From Verrucomicrobiota bacterium (GTDB lineage Bacteria; Verrucomicrobiota; Verrucomicrobiia; Opitutales; Seribacteraceae), in assembly GCA_027622665.1 (NCBI GenBank), contig JAQBYT010000007.1, forward strand, positions 80,299 through 144,298: a stretch of 64,000 nt of DNA. Reading direction: 5' to 3'. The translations under genes and the position numbers were made by a program. Below, in pieces: positions 22,232 to 32,138 of the stretch. Below the pieces are notes generated by a model. The model saw only the letters and a list, made by a program, of their open reading frames with translations, was not told where the DNA came from and ran no database searches. The first letter of the stretch is position 1. Each line of letters opens with the position of its first letter.

Positions 22232-24580
22232 CTACTTTTCTTTTCCCAGAGCTTTTGCCAAAGTCTTCTCGAGTTCCTCGACTGTGGTGACGGGGAGTTC
22301 GCAAGCTTGGTTGCGGCAAACGTAAACGGCGGACTTACCTTTAACTAGACCTTGGTTTTGCACGAATGGGGCAAGCTTGGCTACTTCGGGTTCCTCATCG
22401 GCGGCAGGGCGGAAGAGGAGCACCTTGTTGGGCAGAAAGGACGAATTGATTGCCCTGAGCAGTTGCTCGGTGGCGTCTTCACCGCGCTTGCCTGCCACCA
22501 CGATCTCCAGGCTTGGCCCCACAGCGAAGTCCAAGGCAGACATGAGGACGTCGCATCCGCTCGGACTTTTGGCGGCAAAGCCCGAGAATGCGGCAAAGAG
22601 CTTGTTTGCGGCTTCCTCGTATTTCTTGCTTCCCGTGATACGGGCGATGCGAAGAAGATTGAGAGCCATTACGGAATTGCCCGAGGGGATGGCCCCGTCG
22701 TAGATTTCCTTGGCCCGAACGAGGAGTTTTTCCCCGTCGTCGGCGGTGAGGAATAAACCGCCGTTTTCGGCATCGGCGAAATGTTTCAAGGTGATGTCGG
22801 TCAATTCCGCGGCCGCCTTCAGGTGACGATGGTGAAAGGCCGATTCGTGAAGATCGAGTAGGCCTTGGATAAGGAAGGCGTAATCTTCCAAGTGGGCAGG
22901 TAGTCCCGCTACGCCCAATCTCGAGCGCTTCAGCAGTCGACCATCCTTGCGGCGAAGGGTGGTTAGGCAATAGTCGGCTGCCTTTGTGGCGGCCTTGACG
23001 TACTGCTTGTCGCCCAGAATGCGACCACCTTTGGCGAATGCGGAAATCATGAGCCCGTTCCAGTCGGTCAGAATCTTATCGTCCTTCTGTGGATGGATTC
23101 GTTTCTCTCGAACCTCGAAGAGCTTTTTTCGAATCCCTTCCAGCTTCGATTTCAAGGGATCGATTTCTTGTTTTAGTTCGTGGGCGACGTCCTTGAGGCG
23201 TTCCTGAAGGTGAGGGATGTTCCCCCCGGTTTTTCTGTTGGCGGCTTCTTCCAAGAAATTTCCATCGGGTTCGAAGTTGTATATGCGGGCATAGAGGGTG
23301 GCGTCTTCCTTTCCTAGGGTTTTCTCGAGTTCGGCTATCGTCCAGACGTAGAACTTGCCTTCCTCGCCCTCGCTGTCGGCGTCCTCGGCCGAATAGAATC
23401 CACCTTCCGGGTCGGTCATGTCACGAAGTACGTAGGTGAAGATTTCTCTAGCCGCCTCGGCATACGATTCTTTTTTCGTGATCTGGTGACACTCCAAGTT
23501 GGCGATGGCGAAGAGGGCTTGGTCATAGAGCATCTTTTCAAAGTGCGGCAGAAACCAGCGTTCGTCCGTGGAATAGCGGTGAATGCCGAGGCCAACGTGA
23601 TCGTAGACACCGCCTTGCCTAATCTTCTCCAAGCTTTTCTCCACCATTCGCAAGGCCTTGGCCTCACCGGTTCGGGCATAATAGCGGAGTAGAAAGGAGA
23701 GGTTGTGGGCAGTGGGAAACTTCGGCCGGCGGCCAAAGCCTCCATTAATGCCGTCGTAAGAAGAGGCGAGAGAACGATAGCAGGCATCGAGATGCGTTGC
23801 GTTTAGATCGCCTCCGGGTTGTCCTCCCGAGAGTTTCGCCAAGTCGGTGGTGATCGCCTCTCCCAACTTGAAGACTTGTTCTCGTTCGTTTGTCCAGATG
23901 CCGGAAAAGTGGGGAAGCAGTTGCATCATCGATTGCTTCGGGAAATATGTTCCCGCGAAAAAAGGCACCTTTTCCGGCGTCATGATCACGGTCATTGGCC
24001 AGCCCCCTCTTCCCGTCATCATTTGGGTCACGGACATGTAAACATTGTCGATGTCCGGACGTTCCTCGCGATCTACCTTCACGCACACGTAGTGCTTGTT
24101 CATTAGCGCGGCCACTTCATCGTCTTCGAACGACTCGTGTTCCATCACGTGGCACCAGTGGCAGGTTGTGTAGCCGACGGAAAGAAAGACGGGCTTATCT
24201 TGTTTCTTGGCCTTAGCGAAGGCCTCCTCTGCCCAGGGATGCCAGTCGACCGGGTTTCCCGCATGCTGAAGCAGGTATGGGCTTTGTTCAAAAACGAGAC
24301 GATTGAAATCGGGACCTCCGTCTGCCGGAAGCTTCTTAAGCGCTTCGGGCGAAGGTATGGCTTTCCGAACGTGAGCGTGTTCGGCATGCTCGCTTGATTC
24401 CGTGTCTTTTTTCATTTCAGGCGGTACGCTTGAAACGTCGGAGGCATTTTGTTCATTCTCGGTTGAGGTGCTTTCGAGCTTGGCCTCGTTGCATGCGGAA
24501 AGCCACAAGGAAAATGATATTACGAGGATAGCGGAACTCGGGAGTTTAAACCCTTTGGGGATGTGCATGCAGGCGAGCAT
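22232..24580 (-). CDS. Thioredoxin-domain protein YyaL/DUF255 (SPATA20-like), with lipoprotein-like signal
   Basis: [59 protein letters not shown] lipobox. Confidence 0.92.
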   Translation of the reverse strand: MLACMHIPKGFKLPSSAILVISFSLWLSACNEAKLESTSTENEQNASDVSSVPPEMKKDTESSEHAEHAHVRKAIPSPEALKKLPADGGPDFNRLVFEQSPYLLQHAGNPVDWHPWAEEAFAKAKKQDKPVFLSVGYTTCHWCHVMEHESFEDDEVAALMNKHYVCVKVDREERPDIDNVYMSVTQMMTGRGGWPMTVIMTPEKVPFFAGTYFPKQSMMQLLPHFSGIWTNEREQVFKLGEAITTDLAKLSGGQPGGDLNATHLDACYRSLASSYDGINGGFGRRPKFPTAHNLSFLLRYYARTGEAKALRMVEKSLEKIRQGGVYDHVGLGIHRYSTDERWFLPHFEKMLYDQALFAIANLECHQITKKESYAEAAREIFTYVLRDMTDPEGGFYSAEDADSEGEEGKFYVWTIAELEKTLGKEDATLYARIYNFEPDGNFLEEAANRKTGGNIPHLQERLKDVAHELKQEIDPLKSKLEGIRKKLFEVREKRIHPQKDDKILTDWNGLMISAFAKGGRILGDKQYVKAATKAADYCLTTLRRKDGRLLKRSRLGVAGLPAHLEDYAFLIQGLLDLHESAFHHRHLKAAAELTDITLKHFADAENGGLFLTADDGEKLLVRAKEIYDGAIPSGNSVMALNLLRIARITGSKKYEEAANKLFAAFSGFAAKSPSGCDVLMSALDFAVGPSLEIVVAGKRGEDATEQLLRAINSSFLPNKVLLFRPAADEEPEVAKLAPFVQNQGLVKGKSAVYVCRNQACELPVTTVEELEKTLAKALGKEK

Positions 24581-24616
24581 GCCGGTTTCCCTAGCAAGAC
24601 GGCAAGCCCGTTTGCC

Positions 24617-25558
24617 TTACTCCACCGATATCAGCTCACGCAGTTGATCAACGCGCTCGCTGATCACGGCGGCCCCTGCTGATTCGAGTCGGTCGCAACC
24701 GAATGCTTCTACCGTAAGGCTTGCGGTGGCAGTGGCGTAGAGCATGGCTTCCTTGATGGCGGCAAAGTCGTTGCGATTACGGGAGGCCAGACGACCGAGC
24801 AAGGCTCCGGCAAAGGAATCCCCGGCTCCCGTGGGGTCGCGAAGTTCGGTTACGGGGAAAGCGGGTAGGGCAAAGAGACCTTCTTGGTGAAAGAGGACGG
24901 CTCCATGCTCGCCCTTCTTGACGATCACGCTTTCGGGACCCATCTCGCGAAGTTTATGTCCGGCTAGAATTATGTTTTTTTCGCCCGTGAGTTCTTCGGC
25001 CTCGGAATCGTTGATCACGAAAAGGTTTACTCTCTTCACGAGGTTTAGAAGGTTTTCCCGTTCGATCTCGATCCAGAGGTCGATGGTGTCGGCCAAGACA
25101 AAGGATTCACCGCTCAGTTGATCGAGGACATGCGCCTGCAACGCCGGGTGAATGTTTCCGAGCAGGACGAAGGGGGAGGCTCGATATGATTCGGGCAGGT
25201 CGGGTCGGAATTTCTCAAAAACGTTTAGCTGTAAGTCCAGCGTGTCCCGGCGATTGAAGTTTTCGTGGTACTTGCCCTTCCAAAAGAAGGTCGGCCCACT
25301 TTCATCTCGTTGCAGGCCTTCCAGATCGATTCCTCGTGAACGGAGTCTGTCCATGAACTCTTCGCCGAAGTCGTTGCCGACGACTCCGACCATGCGGGTC
25401 TCGGCAAAGTAGCTCGACGCGAAGGAACAGTACGAGGCGGCCCCCCCGAGGATGTGCTCTTTCTCGCCATAGGGCGTGATGACGTTGTCGAAGGCCACGG
25501 AACCCACCACCAACAAGGGTGCGGGAGAAGTGGCGTCAGTTGCTATTCGTTCGCTCAT
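24617..25558 (-). CDS. PfkB family carbohydrate kinase
   Basis: VVGSVAFD, LGGAASY, DPTGAGDSFAG. Confidence 0.92.
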   Translation of the reverse strand: MSERIATDATSPAPLLVVGSVAFDNVITPYGEKEHILGGAASYCSFASSYFAETRMVGVVGNDFGEEFMDRLRSRGIDLEGLQRDESGPTFFWKGKYHENFNRRDTLDLQLNVFEKFRPDLPESYRASPFVLLGNIHPALQAHVLDQLSGESFVLADTIDLWIEIERENLLNLVKRVNLFVINDSEAEELTGEKNIILAGHKLREMGPESVIVKKGEHGAVLFHQEGLFALPAFPVTELRDPTGAGDSFAGALLGRLASRNRNDFAAIKEAMLYATATASLTVEAFGCDRLESAGAAVISERVDQLRELISVE

Positions 25559-25623
25559 TATTGGCAACCACACTAGCAGGCAAAGGGAAATGCTCAAGCT
25601 TTCCCCGCCGGAGAATGCTTTTT

Positions 25624-26448
25624 CTATTGTTTGCTCGAACGGAGAACGAAATCCACGATGGGCTTGGGGTCCTTCAGGCTATGTGGGTGATGTCCGATGC
25701 CCGGTTTGCGAATCACCTCGATGGAACCGCCCAGTGCCCTGTACCGTTTTTCAATGACGTCTGAATTTTCGACCACCGGCACGACGGTGTCGGCCTCACC
25801 GATTACGTGAAAGAGGGGAACCTTGGCTTTGGCCAGGACTTCTAGACCGTCGATGGGATTGCCCTTGAAGTCCATTGCTTCCGTTTCCGTCAAGCCGTAG
25901 GCCTTTAGGCAATTTTGCCAAGTGCCGGCGCTCCCTTTTCCCTTTCCCTTGCCTCCCGGCCAACTCTTGAAGTCGCACACGGGGGCATCGCCGTAGATAC
26001 AGGACACTTTCTCGGGGTTCGCCTTGGCCCAGTTGTAGATGATTAGCCCGCCTCTGCTCATTCCCTCTAACGCCGCTTTTTTGGCAAAGCCATGTTCCTT
26101 CACCAAGTAGGCGTAAAAAGCGTCCCAACGTGCTACTGCCTTGGGTGCTCCGAAGAGGTTGCCCACTTCGCAATAGACGACGTGCCAACCTTTTTCGAGC
26201 AAAGCGATGTCGGTTTGCGGTTCGTGCCCCCAGAATCGCGCGCGCCAAATCCATGGCTTGCCGGGGGCAGCCTTCTTGGGACGGACTACCTTGCATCCCA
26301 CTCCTTCCAAATTGAACTGGTTCAAGGCGTAACCTTTCCATTGGGATTCCTTGCCGGGGAAATCGGCGGCCGGAACCATTGCGGCGGACCACAAAAGGGC
26401 CATCCCGCCAAGAATCAAAAAGAGATAGGGTTTGAGGAAAGAATTCAT
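25624..26448 (-). CDS. Secreted alpha/beta hydrolase
   Basis: Signal peptide, GMSRGG nucleophile elbow, GEAD, GHHPHSL. Confidence 0.85.
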   Translation of the reverse strand: MNSFLKPYLFLILGGMALLWSAAMVPAADFPGKESQWKGYALNQFNLEGVGCKVVRPKKAAPGKPWIWRARFWGHEPQTDIALLEKGWHVVYCEVGNLFGAPKAVARWDAFYAYLVKEHGFAKKAALEGMSRGGLIIYNWAKANPEKVSCIYGDAPVCDFKSWPGGKGKGKGSAGTWQNCLKAYGLTETEAMDFKGNPIDGLEVLAKAKVPLFHVIGEADTVVPVVENSDVIEKRYRALGGSIEVIRKPGIGHHPHSLKDPKPIVDFVLRSSKQ

Positions 26449-26467
26449 AGTAGTCCTGAATGTGGCT

Positions 26468-27193
26468 TTATATTTTGCCCCAAATCTTTTGCATGAGCGC
26501 GTAGGTCAGGGGGTCGTGTTCTTTCAACTCGGCTCTTACGAAAGGATAGAAGTCGTTTACTCCGAGGTAGGACTCGGTCATCTCTGCGAAGAATTCCTTG
26601 TGATTGGTTCGGGCGTAATGCTTCACCTTTCGACCGGAGAACAGGAGCACTCGCTCGTAAAGACCCTTTTTCTCGGATGCTTGATATACTTGGATGATCT
26701 CCTTGTTGTCGAAACTCAGAATCTGATCGTGATAGGCATGAGCTAGTTCGTGTAAAATAACGTAAGGGTGTTTTGCCCAAGTGCCTCTGTCGAGCAGGGA
26801 CTTTGCCCGAGGTATATGCACTCTTTTCTCAAGGCGAGGGTCGTAGCCGTTATTAATCAACCATTCTTTACCCGGATGGTACTGCATGTTGCCAAGTTCG
26901 TGCTGGAGATCTATCCGAATTGGCAACTTCTGAAGTACCACAACCTTTTCCTTCGAGAGGATGTACTTGATGCGCTGAAGGTGATTGGCCAGTGCCTTGG
27001 TAGCGTCTTCACCGAACGCCTTGTTCTCCTTGGACAGCAGTTTCGGGTCGTATTCTATCGTCCAACCTTCGACTGTCTTGATGACCGGATCATAGAACTT
27101 CTTCTCGCCTTTCTTCTCCACGGCAGAAGAGAGGCAGAGAAAGGCTGCGTTAATGAGTATTAAAAGTACTGAAGCTTTTAGTTTCATCGTCAT
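26468..27193 (-). CDS. Secreted zinc metallopeptidase-like protein
   Basis: Signal peptide, HELAHAYH and downstream EFFAE zincin motifs. Confidence 0.8.
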   Translation of the reverse strand: MTMKLKASVLLILINAAFLCLSSAVEKKGEKKFYDPVIKTVEGWTIEYDPKLLSKENKAFGEDATKALANHLQRIKYILSKEKVVVLQKLPIRIDLQHELGNMQYHPGKEWLINNGYDPRLEKRVHIPRAKSLLDRGTWAKHPYVILHELAHAYHDQILSFDNKEIIQVYQASEKKGLYERVLLFSGRKVKHYARTNHKEFFAEMTESYLGVNDFYPFVRAELKEHDPLTYALMQKIWGKI

Positions 27194-27266
27194 AGACTAG
27201 AGATGAGAATTCTACGGGCAAGTCCAGACCCCTCCATCCTGACAATTACCGGGAGGGGGGGATTAA

Positions 27267-28592
27267 CTATTCGAGCTCTGCAATGATCTTCTGGATTCGC
27301 GCGACAATCTTTGGGTTCTCGGAGGCGACGTCGGTTTCCTCTCCGATATCTTTGCTCAGGTCATAGAGAGCTAAAGTTTTATCGGTTTGGACCCCTTTCC
27401 AATCATTCATTCGCACAGCCCGAAAGCGACTCCATCTCCAGAAAAGGTAATCGTGCCGGACTTGCTTATTCGTGTTGCCCAGTAGGGTAGGGGCAAATGA
27501 AATCCCGTCGATGCCTTCGGGCGTTTCTGCTCCACCGAGTTCACAAGCAGTTGGCAACCAATCCCAAAAGGCGGAAGCATGATTGCTTACGCCGGATTTA
27601 ATCGTTTTGGGCCACCACGCGATCATGGGGACACGAATGCCGCCATCATGCAGCGAACGCTTATGTCCTTTGAGTTGTCCGTTGGAATCAAAGAAATCCA
27701 CCTTGTGTCCACCCTCCTGATGGGGGCCATTGTCCGAAGTGAAAACCACCAAAGTGTTCTCGGCGATTCCAAGTTTCTTGAGCAGGTCTATGATTTTTCC
27801 TGTGTCCGTGTCCATTAGGGTCACCATGGCGGCGAATCCCTTTTCCGGGTCCGGCCAGTTCTTGTCCTTGTAGATCCCGTGGTCGGGTACCTCCTGTCCG
27901 TTCTTTTCGACGTTTCCCGCCTCGTTGTTGGTGTGTGGTATAGTCCAAGTGAGGTTAAGGTAAAAAGGCTTGTCCTTGTTGCGTTCGATGAAGGCCAGCG
28001 CCTCCTCTGTGATCCGAGTGTGGGCGTAGGTTACCTTCTTTGACGACACGTTCCTCTTCCCGCTGTTTACGTTGCCGGGCAAGCGCTCTGCCTTATCGTT
28101 GCGAAAAAGGAATTCAGGATAGTAATCGTGAGCAGCGGATTGGTCCAAGTAACCGTAGAAGAAATCAAAGCCTTGGTTGTTCGGGTGGCCTGTAGTGCCA
28201 ACGTCGCCGAGCGCCCACTTGCCGACGCCGCCCGTCACGTAACCGGCCTCCTTCAGCAGGGAGGTCACGGTCTTCGAACCTTTGGGCAGCACATGCATGT
28301 TGTTGCCGGCAATCGCCGTGTGTCCCGTGTGCTTGCCAGTAAGGAATACGAGGCGCGCCGGTCGGCATACGGTGTGTCCGGCGTAGTGGTCGGTAAAGCG
28401 TAGACCTTCTCTGGCCATGCGGTCCAATCGGGGTGTCTTAACCTGCTTCTGGCCATAGCTGCCCAAATCACCGTAACCGAGGTCATCGGAAACGATGTAA
28501 ATGATGTTGGGCTTACTAGGAGCGGCATCAAGGGTTCCCGACAGGAATAAGATAGCGAGCAATGAGGAAAGAGTTCGAGTGAGTAGGTTCAT
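27267..28592 (-). CDS. Arylsulfatase family protein
   Basis: Signal peptide, PNIIYIVSDDLG, CRPAR formylglycine motif, GKW, SDNG, GGIRVP. Confidence 0.93.
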   Translation of the reverse strand: MNLLTRTLSSLLAILFLSGTLDAAPSKPNIIYIVSDDLGYGDLGSYGQKQVKTPRLDRMAREGLRFTDHYAGHTVCRPARLVFLTGKHTGHTAIAGNNMHVLPKGSKTVTSLLKEAGYVTGGVGKWALGDVGTTGHPNNQGFDFFYGYLDQSAAHDYYPEFLFRNDKAERLPGNVNSGKRNVSSKKVTYAHTRITEEALAFIERNKDKPFYLNLTWTIPHTNNEAGNVEKNGQEVPDHGIYKDKNWPDPEKGFAAMVTLMDTDTGKIIDLLKKLGIAENTLVVFTSDNGPHQEGGHKVDFFDSNGQLKGHKRSLHDGGIRVPMIAWWPKTIKSGVSNHASAFWDWLPTACELGGAETPEGIDGISFAPTLLGNTNKQVRHDYLFWRWSRFRAVRMNDWKGVQTDKTLALYDLSKDIGEETDVASENPKIVARIQKIIAELE

Positions 28593-28605
28593 TTGCGTGT
28601 TCGAG

Positions 28606-29145
28606 TTAGGGCATCCCAAGCCACTTGCGCTTGGTTCCTCCGTGGATAAAGAGTTTGCTCTCGGCGCTGGCAAGCATGAGTGCCACGGTTGCATTGCCTA
28701 TTGGATGGTAACCGAGGTAGGCATCCCCTGCATAGTTTCTCTTGCCACCGAAATAGGCTGCCGTACCACCCGAGGTTCGGCAAAGTTCCAAATAAGGGAT
28801 CCATTTTCTCATGACAGTTTCGTGAGCCTTGGGATCTACCGACTTTATGCCGGCCATGCCGTAGATCAAGCTGATCGAGCTCATTGAGTGGGCGTGCCGC
28901 ATGCGGGATTGATATCTCGCCAACGCGTTTGCAAAACCTTTGGCCATCTTGGGTTCCTCGCCGGCAATCGCCAAGGCGGTTGCCATCGCTCCGGTTCGGG
29001 CCGGGATGTCGGGCTAGTCGGGAACCCGAGAGGAGTATCCCAGCGCCCCCGTGTTGGGACCAATCGACTTTCGAATCTCCACCATCGAGCGATCCCGGGC
29101 TTTGCGATCTATCTTGTAGTCGCACTTGGAGGCAAGTGCCCACGC
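28606..29145 (-). pseudogene. C-terminal fragment of a DUF6288-like protein
   Basis: Frame reads AWALASKCDYKID...LGYS..RTGAMATAL...YLELCRT..G, with no own 5' end. Confidence 0.55.
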
Positions 29146-29518
29146 CTTTGTCGGTCGCGCCGATCAGATAAACGCCTCCCGCATGAGTGCGAATGATGTA
29201 GTCTTCGGCCTGGCTTACATCGGTGGCACTCAGAGTACTCTTTACCGATGGGAATTCAGTAATGGTTCCCAGCGCGATACCTTTTGGCGAGGTGTTGGTT
29301 GCAACTTGAAACGTCACCCCGCTGATTTTTCCTAACTTCTGCGCCAAAGTTGTCGCCAGTGCCTTGATTTCATCTGACGCCTCTGCACTAATAGTAATAG
29401 GCATTTGTGCCTTGCCATCTTTAGCCATAACAGCGGCAGGAGTTTGGGGGGCAGCACTGGCAAAACTAATCGTCAAAAGCAACATCGCGACGGCAAATGG
29501 TATAGATTGGATTTTCAT
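29140..29518 (-). pseudogene. N-terminal fragment of a secreted DUF4838/GH-N-like protein
   Basis: Signal peptide, then LGKISG..F.V and EDYIIRTHAGGVYLIGATDKGV, after which similarity ends abruptly. Confidence 0.6.
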
Positions 29519-29641
29519 TCTCTATGGTTCTATGAATTTTCCTGTTTGCTATTGCGAGAATCGGGGAAGCAGTCGGCGAGAGAGTGGTGACGAAGTAAAT
29601 CTATTGTTTGATCATCATTTGGCCAATCATTGATACAGAAG

Positions 29642-30346
29642 TTACCGCACTTCAATTTCGGTTAGACCCGATCTGGCTTTTCCCTTGTGAGTAAAGACCA
29701 CGCGTATCCTGGTTGAGGTCTGCGGGGCAAAGGTGGCTGTATTCTCTGAACTACCCCTGAGTTCTGCCGGGCTTTTATGGATGTTCTGCACATCGGTCCA
29801 TTCCGTTCCTTTGAGGGTTTGGATGGTGTAACTGCTGGGGGTTTGCACCCCTCCATGATCATCGTAAATATGCAGAACCACTTTCTTGAATACCTTCTCC
29901 TTGCCAAAGTCGACTTCCAGCCAATCTGTTTTATTTGGCGAACCATACGAGGTCCAGCGGTTGACCGGGGTCCTTTGAAACCTGATTTTTCCATCAATGG
30001 TGCTTTTGGCGACACCGCCGTATCGGTCTGAAAAGGAGGCCGTTGCTTTCGGGTAGCCTTTATTGGTGGGATTGAAGGCCATATTTCCTGGTGGAGGACG
30101 GGGCGGGATGTAGGGGAGACGTCCCGGACCCCAGGCCTGAAGTTCAGTGAGACCGGAGCCGGAGTCGGGCGCATTTTGAAAAACAAAACGAAGTTTCCTT
30201 ACCATGAGTGCCGGAAAGCTGAGGGTGTTCGCTCGTTTGCCTTCGGCCTTTTCTGGAAATCGCTTTTGACCTGGCAGGGCCACCCATTTCTCGTCTTTCC
30301 AGTACTCGCATGTGAAGGAACGGGGCGCCAGCACGCCTTGGCCATC
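29642..30346 (-). pseudogene. C-terminal fragment with about 1.5 discoidin (F5/8 type C) domains
   Basis: RWTSYGSPNKTDWLEVDFG, YDDHGGV, SGLTEIEV; no plausible start, abuts an opposite-strand fragment. Confidence 0.65.
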
Positions 30347-30520
30347 GCCGAGTTCGACAAGGCGATCCAAATGTTCGAGGCCATGGAGGGGCAGAAACCC
30401 AAGTCATTGGATGAACTCGTGAAGAAGGGCCACCTGACCAAGATGCCCAAAGTCCCCTACGGCATGAAGTTCAACTACGATCCCAAGACCGGCAAAGTCG
30501 AAGCCGTGATGGCGAAGTAG
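30344..30520 (+). pseudogene. C-terminal fragment of a small Verrucomicrobia-type pseudopilin-like protein
   Basis: IAEFDKAIQMFEAMEGQKPKSLDELVKKGHL..MPKVPYGMKFNYDPKTGKV with coding-like codon usage but no 5' end. Confidence 0.55.
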
Positions 30521-30563
30521 GGTGTAAATTTCCGGCTCAGGCAGGATCCCCGCACGGCCAGAT

Positions 30564-31535
30564 TCAGACCGCCCGCTGTCGCTTCCAGTGGGTGATCTTT
30601 TTGCGCAAGCTCGCCGCCGTCAGCCAATACCAGCGTCCATAGGCGCGCAAGGCCTCGGCCCGCGACGCAGCGTCGTCCTTCGGCAGATCCCCGTCCGACG
30701 CGCTTCCGGAATCCGCTTCCGCCTCGGCCGGCTTCTCCAGAATCGCGTTAAGTCGCGTCCCTCGAAGATCCCCATCCAGGGCGGCAATCGTCTTCACCGC
30801 GAATCCGGTCTTCCGCGCCAGCCGCTCAAAGGTTGCCGGCGAGAACGCATAATGATGCGCGGCATGAAAGAAATGAGTGATGCGCGAACCGGGAGCCTCC
30901 ACATTCGGCACTTCCACGATGAACGTCCCGCCCGGCTTGAGCAGCGCCTTGATCGTCCGCAGCGTGTCGGTTGGACTGATCGTGTGCTCCAGCACGTGGT
31001 TCATCACGACCAGGTCGAAGCGGCCCTTCTCCAGTTCGGGCGCAATGTCGTCCAGCAACCCGTTGCGCACATCCAGTCCTTTGTTCTCCCGCGCAAACGT
31101 GGCATGCCCGGCGTGCGGCTCGATGCCGATGATCGTGGCATCCTCCCCCGCCTCCGCGGCAATGCGCGAAAGCAGCGCGCCGACTCCGCTGCCGATTTCA
31201 AGAACCTTGACGCCTGGCTTGAGGAACGGCCTCACCTGACCGAAAATCTCGCGAATCTTGGGAAGTCGACGCTCAAAGAAGGCTTCATCCGGAGCCTGTT
31301 GCTTTTTGTAGTCGCCCCAATAACCGCTCTTGTACCACTTCGCGTTCTCCTCGTCGGACATTCGCGGATTCGTGTAGACCAGGCCGCAGCCGTTGCAGAT
31401 CACCGTCGCGATCGGCGCGCCGTGACGGCCGCGCCTCGAAAAAATCCGATAAGACGCCTCGCCGCAAAGATCGCAAACCTGCGGCGTGTTCGAAGCGGGC
31501 GTTTCGTCGTTTGATGTCGTCGTGTCAGCGGCCAT
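30564..31535 (-). CDS. Class I SAM-dependent methyltransferase with N-terminal CxxC..CxxC
   Basis: CDLC/CNGC, VLEIGSGVG, FDLVVMNHVLEH, LKPGG..IVEVPN; GC-richer than flanks. Confidence 0.88.
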   Translation of the reverse strand: MAADTTTSNDETPASNTPQVCDLCGEASYRIFSRRGRHGAPIATVICNGCGLVYTNPRMSDEENAKWYKSGYWGDYKKQQAPDEAFFERRLPKIREIFGQVRPFLKPGVKVLEIGSGVGALLSRIAAEAGEDATIIGIEPHAGHATFARENKGLDVRNGLLDDIAPELEKGRFDLVVMNHVLEHTISPTDTLRTIKALLKPGGTFIVEVPNVEAPGSRITHFFHAAHHYAFSPATFERLARKTGFAVKTIAALDGDLRGTRLNAILEKPAEAEADSGSASDGDLPKDDAASRAEALRAYGRWYWLTAASLRKKITHWKRQRAV

Positions 31536-31710
31536 GGAAGCGGCGAATGATTGCCACTCGAAGGCAAATGTCAAACGGGGAATGGGTTGATCGAATCCAC
31601 CTGTCAGTATTCCAATTCGTGATTCCGCAGGCCATTTTGCCCAGGCCGCGTTTCCAATTTCAGGCTTGGAACTTTAGCGTCCCAATTCATCATCCCGATA
31701 ACGCGACCCC

Positions 31711-31884
31711 ATGATGGACCTCAACATATATCCTCCGATGCCGGAAAAGGCGGATTGGCGCATCGGCGTCCTCGGCGCCGGATTCATTGTCAACGACTGT
31801 CACCTGCCCGCCTATCGCAAGGCCGGCTTCAATCCGGTCGCCATCGCATCCCGCACCCGCGATCGCGCCGCCGAGGTCGCCCGC
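31711..31884 (+). pseudogene. 5' fragment of a Gfo/Idh/MocA oxidoreductase
   Basis: WRIGVLGAGFIVNDCHLPAYRKAGF..VAIASRT, truncated after about 58 aa. Confidence 0.75.
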
Positions 31885-32083
31885 CCCAACCGCCGTGGCT
31901 GGGGCTTATCTCGCCGGCCAGCCCGTTGTCGATCAGGTTTAGAAACGCCGGCGTGTCGCCTTCCATGATGAAGACGATGTTTGGTAACTGATTTTTTTGC
32001 CCGGCTGCCTGCATGGGAACCGTGATTGAAACCACGACCACTGTCAGAATCATGCGGAAAAGGTGAGAGGGGAGTGTGTTCAT
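31877..32083 (-). pseudogene. Chimeric remnant: sulfatase N-terminus fused to an internal DUF1593-like fragment
   Basis: Signal peptide + PNIVFIM, then [16 protein letters not shown]....[10 protein letters not shown]. Confidence 0.65.
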
Positions 32084-32138
32084 TTATAAACGTTCTCGAA
32101 TATAGGTTCTCGAAAAGTTGATGGCCAATAGGCCCGGG

